Source of the DNA: a virus
Reading direction: 5' to 3' (one strand)
IMG/VR virus record: IMGVR_UViG_3300025006_000320
DNA length: 64,000 nucleotides
The notes beneath the pieces were generated by a model that had not been told where the DNA came from, searched no databases, and worked only from the letters and a program-made list of their open reading frames with translations. Shown here one piece after another: positions 44,003 through 53,699 of the stretch (its first letter is position 1; every line of letters starts with the position of its first letter). The position numbers and the translations under genes were made by a program.

Positions 44003-44824
44003 ATGGCACTTCAACTTTTGGCTGCTAACAATGCTCAAAGCGTTCTGGCAGCTGGCATTAGCGCCTCAGCAACATCGTTGACACTGAATACTGGTACGGG
44101 TGCTCTTTTCCCATCTCCGGTATCTGGAACAAGCTTTTTTAAGTTGACGCTGGTTGATGCTGCGACAGGTCAGCTCAGTGAGATTGTCCACGTAACAGCA
44201 AAGTCAGGTGATGTGCTTACGATCGCTCGCGGCCAGGAGGGAACCTCCGCTCGAGCATGGTCAGCTAACGACATTGCTGCAAATATGCTTACTGCGGGCA
44301 CAATACTGTTACTTGCCCAACTGGAGAGCCCATCATTTACAGGTACGCCAGCTGGACCTACAGCCGCCCCAGGGACAAACACAACCCAGTTTGCCACAAC
44401 GGCATTTATTCAGGCGGCGTTAGCAGCGTTAAGTCTTGGCACAGCTTCAACTAAAAACGTTGGCACAGGAAGTGGACAAATACCTGACATGTCCAGCTTT
44501 GTATCATCTAAGACATCCACCACAATAGTCTTGAATCTTCCTGGTGGTTACAAGCTTATGTGTGGCCAGCAATTAGCACCTACAGATGCGCAAGGCAACG
44601 TGTTCCTGACGCTCCCGGACACATTCCCCACCGGATTTATATATGCGGAAGCCCATCAAAGCAAAATATCATACGCAGGAGACAGCGACCCATACATCTT
44701 TTCATCTTATCCATCTGCTACAGCCCCCGTTAGTAAGGCTAGCTTTGCAGTCCGCAACACCAAATCGGGGATAGCTCTTGCGAATAGTTCTATTGTATGT
44801 ATGTATTTTGTATTGGGGTATTAA
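44003..44824 (+). CDS. Short tail fibre protein
   Basis: SP.FTG.P..PTA.PGTNTTQ.ATTAF repeat, LGTA.TKNVGT..GQIPDM linker, gp53-like end. Confidence 0.8.
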   Translation: MALQLLAANNAQSVLAAGISASATSLTLNTGTGALFPSPVSGTSFFKLTLVDAATGQLSEIVHVTAKSGDVLTIARGQEGTSARAWSANDIAANMLTAGTILLLAQLESPSFTGTPAGPTAAPGTNTTQFATTAFIQAALAALSLGTASTKNVGTGSGQIPDMSSFVSSKTSTTIVLNLPGGYKLMCGQQLAPTDAQGNVFLTLPDTFPTGFIYAEAHQSKISYAGDSDPYIFSSYPSATAPVSKASFAVRNTKSGIALANSSIVCMYFVLGY

Positions 44825-44827
44825 TTA

Positions 44828-45220
44828 ATGAAAATATATTACAGCCCGTCACTTAATGGATTTCTGCTCGAGCGGACTGCGGAGCAGTATGCCGGGGACG
44901 ATCTGGTTGAGATTTCACAGGCTACATACGACGAATTTATTGCTGGCCGTACTGATAAATTAATGGATGCGGGTCCTTCTGGTCCTGTATGGAAAGATAT
45001 CCCCGCCCCCACAGGGGCAGAGCTGGCGGCGCAGGCCGCTGCAAAAAAAACGGCTCTGCTGGCGGAGGCGGACCGGGTTATTGCACCCATGAAGGATGCG
45101 CTGGACGGCGGCTACATTGATGATGCTGACAAACCCAGACTCACTGCATGGCAGAAATACCGCTATGCACTGACGAAAGTTGACCCGACTAAGCCAGTGT
45201 GGCCTGAAAATCCACTATAA
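44828..45220 (+). CDS. Tail fibre assembly chaperone (Tfa-like)
   Basis: L..W..YRYAL.KVD...PVWP..P C-terminus. Confidence 0.8.
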   Translation: MKIYYSPSLNGFLLERTAEQYAGDDLVEISQATYDEFIAGRTDKLMDAGPSGPVWKDIPAPTGAELAAQAAAKKTALLAEADRVIAPMKDALDGGYIDDADKPRLTAWQKYRYALTKVDPTKPVWPENPL

Positions 45221-45294
45221 GAACCTTTTTTATAACCATCAAAAATCTGGTGATGCTTCGCCGTTTCTCCTGTTTTCATAACAGGAGAAATCCC

Positions 45295-45453
45295 ATGATT
45301 TACGGTTATGCCCGAGTATCAACAAACCACCAGGATACCGAATTGCAACGTCTGGCTCTCGAATCTGCTGGCTGCGAACAAATTTTTGGGGAACATACTG
45401 CTGGCGTATTTGTTATCGAGTTGCCCTGCAGGGCTGATGTGGTCTGGCGTTGA
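45295..45453 (+). pseudogene. Truncated serine recombinase (Pin/Hin-like invertase remnant)
   Basis: MIYGYARVSTNHQDTELQRLAL..AGCEQIF, then unrelated sequence and a stop after 52 aa. Confidence 0.85.
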
Positions 45454-45459
45454 CTAGAA

Positions 45460-45700
45460 TTATGCGTGGGGCATGGATGGGGCATAAAGTTACCGCGAAA
45501 CGACGTTAGTTCATTGCACATGACAAATCGTATCGCGGCAACATAGCTGAAGTTACCGCACATCAATCCAACATCAAGCCACTTCGTTAAAAGACTTAAT
45601 AGTCTCCAGATGAATCATGATTGAAGTGATATTAATATGTTAAATCAGATAGTTAAGGTTATGCGGTTTTTCTATGGGGCATCGGTGGGGCATTTTGAGT
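45460..45700. promoter_or_regulatory. attP region
   Basis: Paired TGGGGCAT-N3-TGGGGCAT arm-type repeats at both ends, IHF consensus at 45643-45655, adjacent to the int 3' end. Confidence 0.65.
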
Positions 45701-46939
45701 AAATGATGCGTTCAAAATGCCCACCTGGTCATGGTTATTCTCGGTCATCCATTTACCGTAAACCGTGAATAGCATTTGCGCTGACGAATGGCCCATCTGG
45801 TGCGCAACGAAATTTGGGTTCGCTCCGGCGACCAGTGCCCAGCACGCATATGTGTTCCTGGTTTCATAAGACCGTCTTTGTCGGACGCCTGCACGACGCA
45901 GGGCAGTGCGCCAGGCTGAATTAATGGATCCGGGGACGTAGCACATCGTCTTCTTACCGTTCATTGAAGTAATGGACGGCGAGAATATAAAGGTGCATTC
46001 ATCGGTTCTCTTTTTTTTGTATTCCCGTAGGCTGACGCTTACCTTGTGGGATGCCATCATTCTGGTCAGTGGCATTTGCGCCTTGAGTGCATCAATTGCT
46101 GGCTGGGTCAGCTGTATTGTTCGAATCCCGGCGTTGGTTTTTGGCAGGGTGAAGTTTCCCTTCAGGGAATAGTTCCGTGACACTGTAACAGTCCAGTTGA
46201 CAGTATCCACATCCTCCCAGGATAACGCGCTTAGTTCGCCATGCCTGACGCCTGTATTTACCGCAAAGATAACCATATTCTGAAACTGTAGCGTTGGGCA
46301 GGCCGCAACCACTCTCTGATACTCATCAGAAGTAAGAGGATCTGGAATGGGTCTTTCTTTTGCGAGAGGGGTAATACCTGCCATCAGATCGGTTTTCAGG
46401 TATCCACTTTTGAAAGCAAAGCTCAGCATCCCGCCAAGGCATGCCATATAGCTATTGACTGTAGGAACGCTTCTTCCCTTTTTGGGTGGATGATTTAGGC
46501 CATGTCTGGTCTTCTGCCAGCCGTTCAGTAGCTCCTTCCTGGCACTAAGGATATCTTCAGTGTTCAGGCTGCCGATATACCTGTGCTCACCAATTGTTTC
46601 GATAGTGGTTGTGAGGTGGCAATCGTAACGCCTCAACGTCCCGAGGCTAAGCTCCATCTCTTTAAGCCCAAGCCATTTCGATTTCAGTTCAAGTAGTGAG
46701 ATTTGCTTTCTGACAGTGCTGAATTTCTCTGCGTTCGATGAATCAGGGAATTGCGAGGCATAATTGAATGTGCCTGTCTTTATCGCAAAGCAGACTGAAG
46801 CCCGAAGTTCGCCTGCCATTTTCCTGTTTTTTGGCGTGTCAGGAACGCCGAGATTTTCCCTGACACGCTTCCCCTGATATATGAACCATATGCGTAACGA
46901 TTCGCCATGAACCTCTACACCTGTTGGGTATGCTGCCAT
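45659..46939 (-). CDS. int: Tyrosine integrase with N-terminal arm-binding domain
   Basis: TGVRHGEL (R), PKT (K), YETR, MGH, VYG (Y); GAGGA SD favours the ATG at 46939 over 46945. Confidence 0.93.
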   Translation of the reverse strand: MAAYPTGVEVHGESLRIWFIYQGKRVRENLGVPDTPKNRKMAGELRASVCFAIKTGTFNYASQFPDSSNAEKFSTVRKQISLLELKSKWLGLKEMELSLGTLRRYDCHLTTTIETIGEHRYIGSLNTEDILSARKELLNGWQKTRHGLNHPPKKGRSVPTVNSYMACLGGMLSFAFKSGYLKTDLMAGITPLAKERPIPDPLTSDEYQRVVAACPTLQFQNMVIFAVNTGVRHGELSALSWEDVDTVNWTVTVSRNYSLKGNFTLPKTNAGIRTIQLTQPAIDALKAQMPLTRMMASHKVSVSLREYKKKRTDECTFIFSPSITSMNGKKTMCYVPGSINSAWRTALRRAGVRQRRSYETRNTYACWALVAGANPNFVAHQMGHSSAQMLFTVYGKWMTENNHDQVGILNASFTQNAPPMPHRKTA

Positions 46940-46971
46940 AATCATTCCTCGTTTGATGTGCCAAAGGACAT

Positions 46972-47220
46972 TTAAGCAGATATTCTCCGGCGTTTCGCTG
47001 GGCTTTGGTGCTCGATCCAGTGGTTTATCTCATCGCGGTTATACATGATTGGGCTGTTTTGCTTAGGTGCCATATCAGGGGCAACATGGCGATAATGCTT
47101 CCCCTCCATCCAGGTAGACCGGCGGGCATGCTGAATCATGTGCTTTGACATGCCGGTTGTCGCAGTTAAAAGTTCCTCTGTGACCCATTTATTCGGTACC
47201 AGCTGAATAATGTCGCTCAT
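46972..47220 (-). CDS. xis: Excisionase (copy 2)
   Basis: Copy of 659..907. Confidence 0.8.
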   Translation of the reverse strand: MSDIIQLVPNKWVTEELLTATTGMSKHMIQHARRSTWMEGKHYRHVAPDMAPKQNSPIMYNRDEINHWIEHQSPAKRRRISA

Positions 47221-47328
47221 GGTTTTCTCCAGGCAAAAAGAAGCCGCCCGTAGGCGGCAATAACATCAAGGGATGTGAGGCGGTGCTTTCGCACCCAATA
47301 GCCAGCTCATAACTGGCTATCAGTTGCG

Positions 47329-47559
47329 TCAGTCGTCTTCGTCTTCGTCCCAGTCCTCGTCGTAATATGGCGAGGCGAGAAGGGGGTTAGTTGCTGAGAG
47401 AATCTCTCCGGCGGCGCCCTGCCGCTGAAGTCGACGAAGTGCTTTGTAAAGCTGAAATGCCTCGGTTCGCTCTTCACCTATATCGAGGGCGCATGCAACC
47501 TTGTGCGCCTCGGTTACCAGAGTTGATAGCTGGTTTCGGATGTCCTGAATGGTGCTCAT
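47329..47559 (-). CDS. Hypothetical protein (copy 2)
   Basis: Copy of 1016..1246. Confidence 0.75.
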   Translation of the reverse strand: MSTIQDIRNQLSTLVTEAHKVACALDIGEERTEAFQLYKALRRLQRQGAAGEILSATNPLLASPYYDEDWDEDEDD

Positions 47560-47567
47560 AGTTCTCC

Positions 47568-47807
47568 TTACGCCGCACGCTGGGCGCGCAGATTCTTCAG
47601 GTGTTCTGCTGTTTCAATTTCTTCGACGATCCGCTCGGCCTGTGCTTTGGTCAGCGGCTCGAATTCGTGCTGAAAGCGGCCCATGCTGGCGATGCAGGTG
47701 CGACCGTTGCGGACGTAGTGGATTACTTCGTGGGTGGAGCGGAGGATTTTGCAGGGCGAGCCGTGGGGATCGGCGTACCAGGTATTAGGCTGGATTATCC
47801 TGAACAT
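47568..47807 (-). CDS. DUF4222-like protein (copy 2)
   Basis: Copy of 1255..1494. Confidence 0.6.
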   Translation of the reverse strand: MFRIIQPNTWYADPHGSPCKILRSTHEVIHYVRNGRTCIASMGRFQHEFEPLTKAQAERIVEEIETAEHLKNLRAQRAA

Positions 47808-47811
47808 TGGT

Positions 47812-48207
47812 TCACTCCTGCGGTTCCTGCATCACCTGCACTTTTTTGCTACTCCTGCGCTTTTTCGCGGCTCCTGCATCTGTTTGTTGCTCCTGCAGCA
47901 TGAGGAAAACTACCGCGACCGCACGCAGAGGGTTCCGGTGAGTAGAGGTGATGCCCGATTCGTGTGTTGCCGTCCAAACGGTTTTTCCTGATGGGATGAG
48001 GCCGATCCGGCGTTTCTTCATTTCGGTGAATAGCTCTTCCGCTCGGCGTAGCGGGAAGTAACCAGTATTCTGGACGGTTTTGAACCAGTTCCATGACAGC
48101 TGGGCGCCGGTATTTTCATGCGGGTGAATAGTGGCGGTGTACTTTGGCTTCAGGAAATATGCGAGCCTGACACTGATTTCACCGTCACTGAGCTTGGTGT
48201 AATCCAT
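47812..48207 (-). CDS. ninX: NinX-family protein (copy 2)
   Basis: Copy of 1499..1894. Confidence 0.65.
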   Translation of the reverse strand: MDYTKLSDGEISVRLAYFLKPKYTATIHPHENTGAQLSWNWFKTVQNTGYFPLRRAEELFTEMKKRRIGLIPSGKTVWTATHESGITSTHRNPLRAVAVVFLMLQEQQTDAGAAKKRRSSKKVQVMQEPQE

Positions 48208-48422
48208 CAAGCCCCCCTTTGCTTGCGTATAAGCTCCAGGTCAGCCTGGCAACTGGCGCAGGTCTGGCAGCCGGGAACGGCAGCGCGCCGCGGCTCGGGA
48301 ATTGGTTCGTCGCATTCTTCACAACGCTCAGCTGATACGGCGTTGCGGTTCAGGCGGTGAGCGGAAAGGGCGGCGTTACGCTGAAGCTCTTCAATCTCTG
48401 CTGCTGTGTCGATGATGTCCAT
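48207..48422 (-). CDS. TraR/DksA zinc-finger protein (copy 2)
   Basis: Copy of 1894..2109. Confidence 0.9.
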   Translation of the reverse strand: MDIIDTAAEIEELQRNAALSAHRLNRNAVSAERCEECDEPIPEPRRAAVPGCQTCASCQADLELIRKQRGA

Positions 48423-48513
48423 GGTCAATGCTCCCGGAACTGTCGGTTAATTCGGTTGAAGGTGAACGCCAGCAATAAAAAAGGAGCCTTAAGCTCCAGG
48501 GTGATTTGCGTTT

Positions 48514-48834
48514 TCATAGTGGGTTTCTTTTGGGTTTGCTTTTCGCAGCTCCAGCAAAAAACAGAGCGTAGACGAGAGCGGAGGCCGCTAATGCCGTATG
48601 GTCTGTGACGATGAGGGCATAAATTGTCATCACGGATAGAGGAATGCTTAGCCACAAATATTTCATTTCCTCAAGCACGAACTCATGGGTGAGGGCTCCG
48701 CAGAAAACCCCAATCCACGCCAAAACAGAAATAACCAGGTACGAGTAATAGGCAAACTGCTGCGCCTGCTCGTTACCGAAAAGAAGACATCCAATAATGG
48801 CAAGGCTAATTGCCGTTGATAATATTTTGCTCAT
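48514..48834 (-). CDS. Membrane protein (copy 2)
   Basis: Copy of 2201..2521. Confidence 0.7.
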   Translation of the reverse strand: MSKILSTAISLAIIGCLLFGNEQAQQFAYYSYLVISVLAWIGVFCGALTHEFVLEEMKYLWLSIPLSVMTIYALIVTDHTALAASALVYALFFAGAAKSKPKRNPL

Positions 48835-49022
48835 GCTGCACCGCCTTCATTCTTCTCGGCTTCGACCGCCATCTGCTCAAGCCGTCGCGATAACTCGGCG
48901 GCCAGCGTCTGGAATTCTTCTTCGGTAGCCACCGGGATCGGCACAAAGCGAATCCCGATGTGCGCGAGGTGGTTGGCTATTTCGAGGCTTTTCCTCAAAT
49001 CAACGGGTGAGGCTCTGTTCAT
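48831..49022 (-). CDS. DUF1382-like protein (copy 2)
   Basis: Copy of 2518..2709. Confidence 0.7.
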   Translation of the reverse strand: MNRASPVDLRKSLEIANHLAHIGIRFVPIPVATEEEFQTLAAELSRRLEQMAVEAEKNEGGAA

Positions 49023-49885
49023 GCGACTTTCTCCCCGGGTAATGGTTTCAGACCGTCATTCAACGTGCGCTCAAGGTTGGACAATATTCCTCGCAACCTC
49101 TTAATCTCTTCATCCTCGGTGAGTCGGCGCGCTGCTTCCCATAGCGTCCTTGTAAGAACATACATAGGGACATTCGGGTCGAGGCCAAGCGCTTTCGCCA
49201 GATCTTGCTGAGCGTCGGTTAACCTTTCCTCCGATTCCTCCCGGCGCTTACGTCGGCGTTGCAACTCCTCTTCACTTTCTTGGCGCAGGTTCTTCAGCCT
49301 TTCATCGTTATCCCTAATATGCTGCTCAAGGCGCTCCTTAGACCGATGTGCTCGACAAACAAGATCGGCGATTTCATTGCCATGTCGCTTCATTAGTTTT
49401 TGGTCGCTGAGGTAGGTATTGATTACGCGGCTTTTTATTTGGGTTCTTTCTGCCTGCCGGGTCATGCCATCCATAAGCAGCTTCATCCAGGCATCGCGAG
49501 GAAGGGTATCAATCTGGCGCATTGTCGGCCCCTTGAGGGTATGCCATCCAGTTTCCTTCCGGATCATCAAGCCGCAACCATCTGGGATGTCGCTTTTCTT
49601 GAGCATGCCTTCAGGAACAGCAAAAACAACGCCACCTGCGTAGTTGAAGTATTTGGTGTATTTGCCTGCTGTAACGTCAGCCCGGAAATCACTAACGCTA
49701 ACTTTGACCTCATAGACGACAGGGCAGAACTTGCTGTAGCTGTGAGCAATAGAGTAGACATCGGGTCGACACGTACCGGCGGGCCCTAGCTGCATGTCCT
49801 CCCAGCAGATGCGCGCTGTGTTCTGGCGCAAATGCTCTGCAAGGTCATGAGCAAGCTCGTTATGACCCCATTTTTTTGTTGTCAT
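49019..49885 (-). CDS. MmcB-like nuclease (copy 2)
   Basis: Copy of 2706..3572. Confidence 0.65.
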   Translation of the reverse strand: MTTKKWGHNELAHDLAEHLRQNTARICWEDMQLGPAGTCRPDVYSIAHSYSKFCPVVYEVKVSVSDFRADVTAGKYTKYFNYAGGVVFAVPEGMLKKSDIPDGCGLMIRKETGWHTLKGPTMRQIDTLPRDAWMKLLMDGMTRQAERTQIKSRVINTYLSDQKLMKRHGNEIADLVCRAHRSKERLEQHIRDNDERLKNLRQESEEELQRRRKRREESEERLTDAQQDLAKALGLDPNVPMYVLTRTLWEAARRLTEDEEIKRLRGILSNLERTLNDGLKPLPGEKVA

Positions 49886-50100
49886 TGTTCGGCTCCAAAC
49901 CGCCCGTTAAGGCGGCCAGTTTTGACGACGAACTCCAGGAGGCTAACTCCCAGAGCTTCAATTTTCTTGTGATGTTTGTTGATGATGGGAGGCACCGTTT
50001 CGTTCCAGTTAGGCTTTGGCTTCTTGCGCATGGCCTGCTGGATTTCCTCGGTGCAGCGGCGGCAGGCTGCGCGAATGGCGTTTTCATTTGCTGGCGTCAT
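49882..50100 (-). CDS. Hypothetical protein (copy 2)
   Basis: Copy of 3569..3787. Confidence 0.7.
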   Translation of the reverse strand: MTPANENAIRAACRRCTEEIQQAMRKKPKPNWNETVPPIINKHHKKIEALGVSLLEFVVKTGRLNGRFGAEQ

Positions 50101-50648
50101 GCGGCCTCCCGGCGGGCGAGAAGTTTCACCCCGAAAGCCATCAGCTCGTCCCGGTCCATAGTTGCGAAGTGGCAGTGTGTACGCGGATACGGTCGCCAGA
50201 TGATGAGCATCGACCCTTTGTTGTTGCCGCTTACCGGCTTACCGGTGACCGGGTTAATAAATGCCAGCCGCCCGGCGGTGATGAGGCGAACCTCGCTAGC
50301 TGTCTGGATAGCCTCTTTGAACCAGCTAACCGAAGTGTCTGCCGGTACCAGCATTACCGTGCCGATCTGATTGGAGCTCTCGGCGGCTGCCTTCTTAACA
50401 AACGGTGTAATGTCGCTGTATGGTGGGTTCAGCCAAACGTAGCCAGGAATGCTCAGGTAATCAGCCCATGGCGTTTCCAGAGTGTTCTGCTCGGCGGTGA
50501 TGAACTTTCGGCACAGCGCGTTATGCGGCGCCGCGGCGGCATCCAGTTGAAAGCAAAACTCAGCATCAAGGGAGGCGAAAAGGGCGGGTGGAGTGCGCCA
50601 TAGGTCACGCTGATCCGCTGGGGTGTTGCTGCCGGTGTAATCGGTCAT
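50097..50648 (-). CDS. dam: DNA adenine methyltransferase (copy 2)
   Basis: Copy of 3784..4335. Confidence 0.9.
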   Translation of the reverse strand: MTDYTGSNTPADQRDLWRTPPALFASLDAEFCFQLDAAAAPHNALCRKFITAEQNTLETPWADYLSIPGYVWLNPPYSDITPFVKKAAAESSNQIGTVMLVPADTSVSWFKEAIQTASEVRLITAGRLAFINPVTGKPVSGNNKGSMLIIWRPYPRTHCHFATMDRDELMAFGVKLLARREAA

Positions 50649-50812
50649 ACATCCTCCCGCTCCGGATCGTTAACATCCCAGCCATTACGCTCAATATTTG
50701 TTTTCAGCCGCTTATCTCCGACCTCTTCAATGCTGCGGCCGGTAATCTCCGCGACTTCAGCGTTTGAGTGTCGCCACAGCAGCGCAAGCTCTTCGAGTGA
50801 CCACGCTTTCAT
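50645..50812 (-). CDS. 55-aa hypothetical protein (copy 2)
   Basis: Copy of 4332..4499. Confidence 0.7.
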   Translation of the reverse strand: MKAWSLEELALLWRHSNAEVAEITGRSIEEVGDKRLKTNIERNGWDVNDPEREDV

Positions 50813-51237
50813 AGCACTGACTCCATTTCGTCGATGTAGAGGCCCTGAGCAATCAGGCGTCGACGGCGGGCGGCACGTTCAATGCACTCCTGCCGTCTGC
50901 CTTCCTGCGATTGTTCAATGGCGCGCCGGGTGAACAGCCGCGATTTGCCCTGCGGCGTTACAACCTTCGGCTTCGTTACGAGGTCGAAAGTGCGGTCACA
51001 GATACCGTCTTCGTTGAGCCATTTTTCCGACTCAACGATCTGCGCTATCTGTCCGGTGCCGCGGGTGATGCCGTTGGCCACCCTGTTAAACTCGATGAGC
51101 GTTACGCCAAACTTCTCGGCGATTTCGCTGCCCGTTACCGGGCGGCCGCGCGTCTGAATCATCCAGATAACGCGTTCACGGAGGCCGGAAAATTGCCCGG
51201 TTCGCCCGGGCCTGCGGTAAAAGGGTGTGCGTTTCAT
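50809..51237 (-). CDS. Winged-HTH-like protein (copy 2)
   Basis: Copy of 4496..4924. Confidence 0.6.
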   Translation of the reverse strand: MKRTPFYRRPGRTGQFSGLRERVIWMIQTRGRPVTGSEIAEKFGVTLIEFNRVANGITRGTGQIAQIVESEKWLNEDGICDRTFDLVTKPKVVTPQGKSRLFTRRAIEQSQEGRRQECIERAARRRRLIAQGLYIDEMESVL

Positions 51238-51857
51238 TCGATCTCCAGGATGCGGTGCTTCGTGTCCGCAACAAGTTCGAGGAAGTCTTTTCGGCGCGCC
51301 CGAAGCCGGGCTATTTCTGATTCACATTCGGCAGCTGTAAGGCGATAGACGATGAGCTGTTTACCGTCCGGGAAGTCTGAGCAGTAGCTGATGAAGTCCA
51401 CCCAATCCCTGCCAGAGCAATCAAGGTGACCGATCAGTTGCCATCTGTATGCAGGGTCGAAGGAGCCGCGGGTGAGGGTGGAGTAGTGAGTGGCGGCAAT
51501 GACCGACTTAATCTCAACGAGCCCGTCCAGTCCAACGAGTCCGTCGGGGCTGTCACCGTACGTTTCGTGATCAAAGAATCCGCCGTTATCCACATCGACG
51601 AAGTTCATCTCTTCGTACAGCATGCGGGCAATAGGCTCCTGTTCGTGCCCGCGCTCCATGTGCTCATTTGAGAAGCCAAACTCAGACTTGCACCCCTTAA
51701 TCTGCTCCAGAGCCAACTGTATAGCGTAACGCTTGGCCGGTTCGCCAAACGCTTTCCCATCGTTAGCCATGATCAGGCCGAAGTTTGAAGCAGTGGCCTT
51801 ACCCAGGCGAAGAGCATCCCACTCTTCACCGTTTTGCTCGACGTCGTGCCAGATCAT
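51234..51857 (-). CDS. YqaJ/lambda exonuclease (copy 2)
   Basis: Copy of 4921..5544. Confidence 0.9.
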   Translation of the reverse strand: MIWHDVEQNGEEWDALRLGKATASNFGLIMANDGKAFGEPAKRYAIQLALEQIKGCKSEFGFSNEHMERGHEQEPIARMLYEEMNFVDVDNGGFFDHETYGDSPDGLVGLDGLVEIKSVIAATHYSTLTRGSFDPAYRWQLIGHLDCSGRDWVDFISYCSDFPDGKQLIVYRLTAAECESEIARLRARRKDFLELVADTKHRILEIE

Positions 51858-52357
51858 GATGAACACTCCTGCTCAAGTTGGCGGCGATATTCTGGAGAAA
51901 TGTCCATTCTCGCCAGCACTGCATCAAGGTTGCCATCGCGCTTGAAGGCGGCCTTAGCGTTATTCCATGCCTGCGTTTTTTCCGGTGAAAGCACCGGCTT
52001 TGTAACGCGTGCCGGGCTTAAGCGGAGGCCTTCAACCGATTCCTTTCCGAACCGGACATTTTTATCGACGTAAACAGTGACCTTTACGCCAACCCAATCT
52101 TCAAGGAATGGCGAGCCGGTAATGCTTTTCAGCATCTTGCTGTTCGTGGCATTCAGAATCATCGGCTTGAGCTTTTCGCCAGGGCGCAGCTCGCGCTCTT
52201 CAAAATAAGCAGTGTTAAAAACGTCTTTGGATTTTTTTGTTTTGTCGTTTTCTAACGTTGCCCGGGCGATCGTCAGCACCGTTGGCTCAACGATATCGGC
52301 GCTGCTCAGGTAAGGGGAGTCAAAAGCTTTTCGGTAGTGAGTTTTAGTTTCAGACAT
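51854..52357 (-). CDS. Candidate annealing or ssDNA-binding protein (copy 2)
   Basis: Copy of 5541..6044. Confidence 0.5.
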   Translation of the reverse strand: MSETKTHYRKAFDSPYLSSADIVEPTVLTIARATLENDKTKKSKDVFNTAYFEERELRPGEKLKPMILNATNSKMLKSITGSPFLEDWVGVKVTVYVDKNVRFGKESVEGLRLSPARVTKPVLSPEKTQAWNNAKAAFKRDGNLDAVLARMDISPEYRRQLEQECSS

Positions 52358-52368
52358 TTCATGCATCC

Positions 52369-52653
52369 TTAAAACGGGCAGCCGGTACGGTGTTCCCAGT
52401 CGTATTCCGCCTGGGCGTAAGCAACTGCTGAAATGAAATCGTTGTAGGCCTCGCCAGCTTTATCGCTGCGAAGTCCTTCGTATGGGCTGGAGTCAATCGG
52501 GATCGTGAAGTGGAAGAGGCCTGACGGCTCTTTCGGCATCATGTCGATGATTTTCTGCGCCCGGTCGTCGATCCACTTCTCTTTCTCGTCGGTGATCTGC
52601 TGCTCAGCCCAGCGCCGATCTTCGATGCGGTCGTAAGTGAGGTATGCGTTCAT
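52369..52653 (-). CDS. Hypothetical protein (copy 2)
   Basis: Copy of 6056..6340. Confidence 0.75.
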   Translation of the reverse strand: MNAYLTYDRIEDRRWAEQQITDEKEKWIDDRAQKIIDMMPKEPSGLFHFTIPIDSSPYEGLRSDKAGEAYNDFISAVAYAQAEYDWEHRTGCPF

Positions 52654-52660
52654 GGTTGCC

Positions 52661-53629
52661 TCAATATTTGATGTGCGCGTCCTGCACTTTGCCGCCAGCA
52701 ATCGCCAGCAGTGCTTTCTGCGCGAATTCTTCAGGGATGCCCTGATTAATTAGGTCGGCGATGACGCGACTATTGACAGTGCGGCGGTGCTCCTTGTCTG
52801 CGGCGCGGCGCGCTTCTTCTTCAGCTTTGCGCTGCTCTTCGGCTAGACGGGCGGCTTCTGCCTCTTCCAGGCGGCGGCGCTCGGCGGCAACGGCTTCTTC
52901 TTTTTCGCGGCGCGCACGCGCTTCCGCTTCCTGCTTCTCGCGTGCCGCACGCTGTTCCGCTTCAATGCGCTGGCGCTCCGCCAGTTCAGCGCGGGCTTTC
53001 TCTTCGGCTTCACGGCGCGCTGCGGCTTCAATCTCCGCTTTGTGCTTCGCTTCGGCATCGCGGCGGGCTTGTTCTGCCGCTTCACGCTTAATACGCTCTT
53101 CATGCTCACGTTGAGCTTGTTCCGCCATGCGGCGCTGCTCTTCGCGGTCACGGTCGAAATCCTTATTCATCAGCAGAGCCATTTCGTGGTCCGCTTCAAA
53201 CTTGTCCGCCAGCTCCTGATCGAACTTGATGTTCATTTCCAGAGCTTCGGCGTGCAGCGCGTTCATGGCTTCTTCAGCCTTGATACGTTCCTGCTCGGCT
53301 TCCCATTCGGTGAGTGGGCGGCGGGTCGCATCGCGCAGCTCGTCACAGGCATCAACAAATCGCTTAATTTCGGCCTCAGCCGGACGCACAGCCTCTTTAA
53401 GGCGCTTCAGGTACTCACGGCCTGGCTTTTCGATTGCCGTCTTGCTGCGGGATACCTGCGCCGCCAGAGAGGCTACTCGGTCACGCCCCTTCTTCGTGGA
53501 CAGGTCCGGCACTTCGTTTACTGCCTGGCGGATTTGCTCGAGGTAAGCATCAAGGCCGCCCGCTACGTAAAGTACTGGCGCCTGCTCCGGCTTGATTTCG
53601 ATGACAGTTAAGTCCGTTACTTCGCTCAT
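52661..53629 (-). CDS. Coiled-coil protein (copy 2)
   Basis: Copy of 6348..7316. Confidence 0.8.
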   Translation of the reverse strand: MSEVTDLTVIEIKPEQAPVLYVAGGLDAYLEQIRQAVNEVPDLSTKKGRDRVASLAAQVSRSKTAIEKPGREYLKRLKEAVRPAEAEIKRFVDACDELRDATRRPLTEWEAEQERIKAEEAMNALHAEALEMNIKFDQELADKFEADHEMALLMNKDFDRDREEQRRMAEQAQREHEERIKREAAEQARRDAEAKHKAEIEAAARREAEEKARAELAERQRIEAEQRAAREKQEAEARARREKEEAVAAERRRLEEAEAARLAEEQRKAEEEARRAADKEHRRTVNSRVIADLINQGIPEEFAQKALLAIAGGKVQDAHIKY

Positions 53630-53699
53630 GGTTTCTCCTGAAATTTGGATGTGCAGATCCCGCCCGCTTTTAGCCAGGCCGATCGGTTGAATAGGGTGG

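Noticed and set aside
44003-45260. Invertible fibre cassette or diversity-generating retroelement
   Set aside because: No second tip cassette, no flanking inverted sites, no reverse transcriptase and no template/variable repeat pair seen.
45860-45885. Integrase inactivated by RNT in place of the usual RHT
   Set aside because: The catalytic R, K, R, H and Y positions are present; the changed residue follows the second Arg and need not be catalytic.
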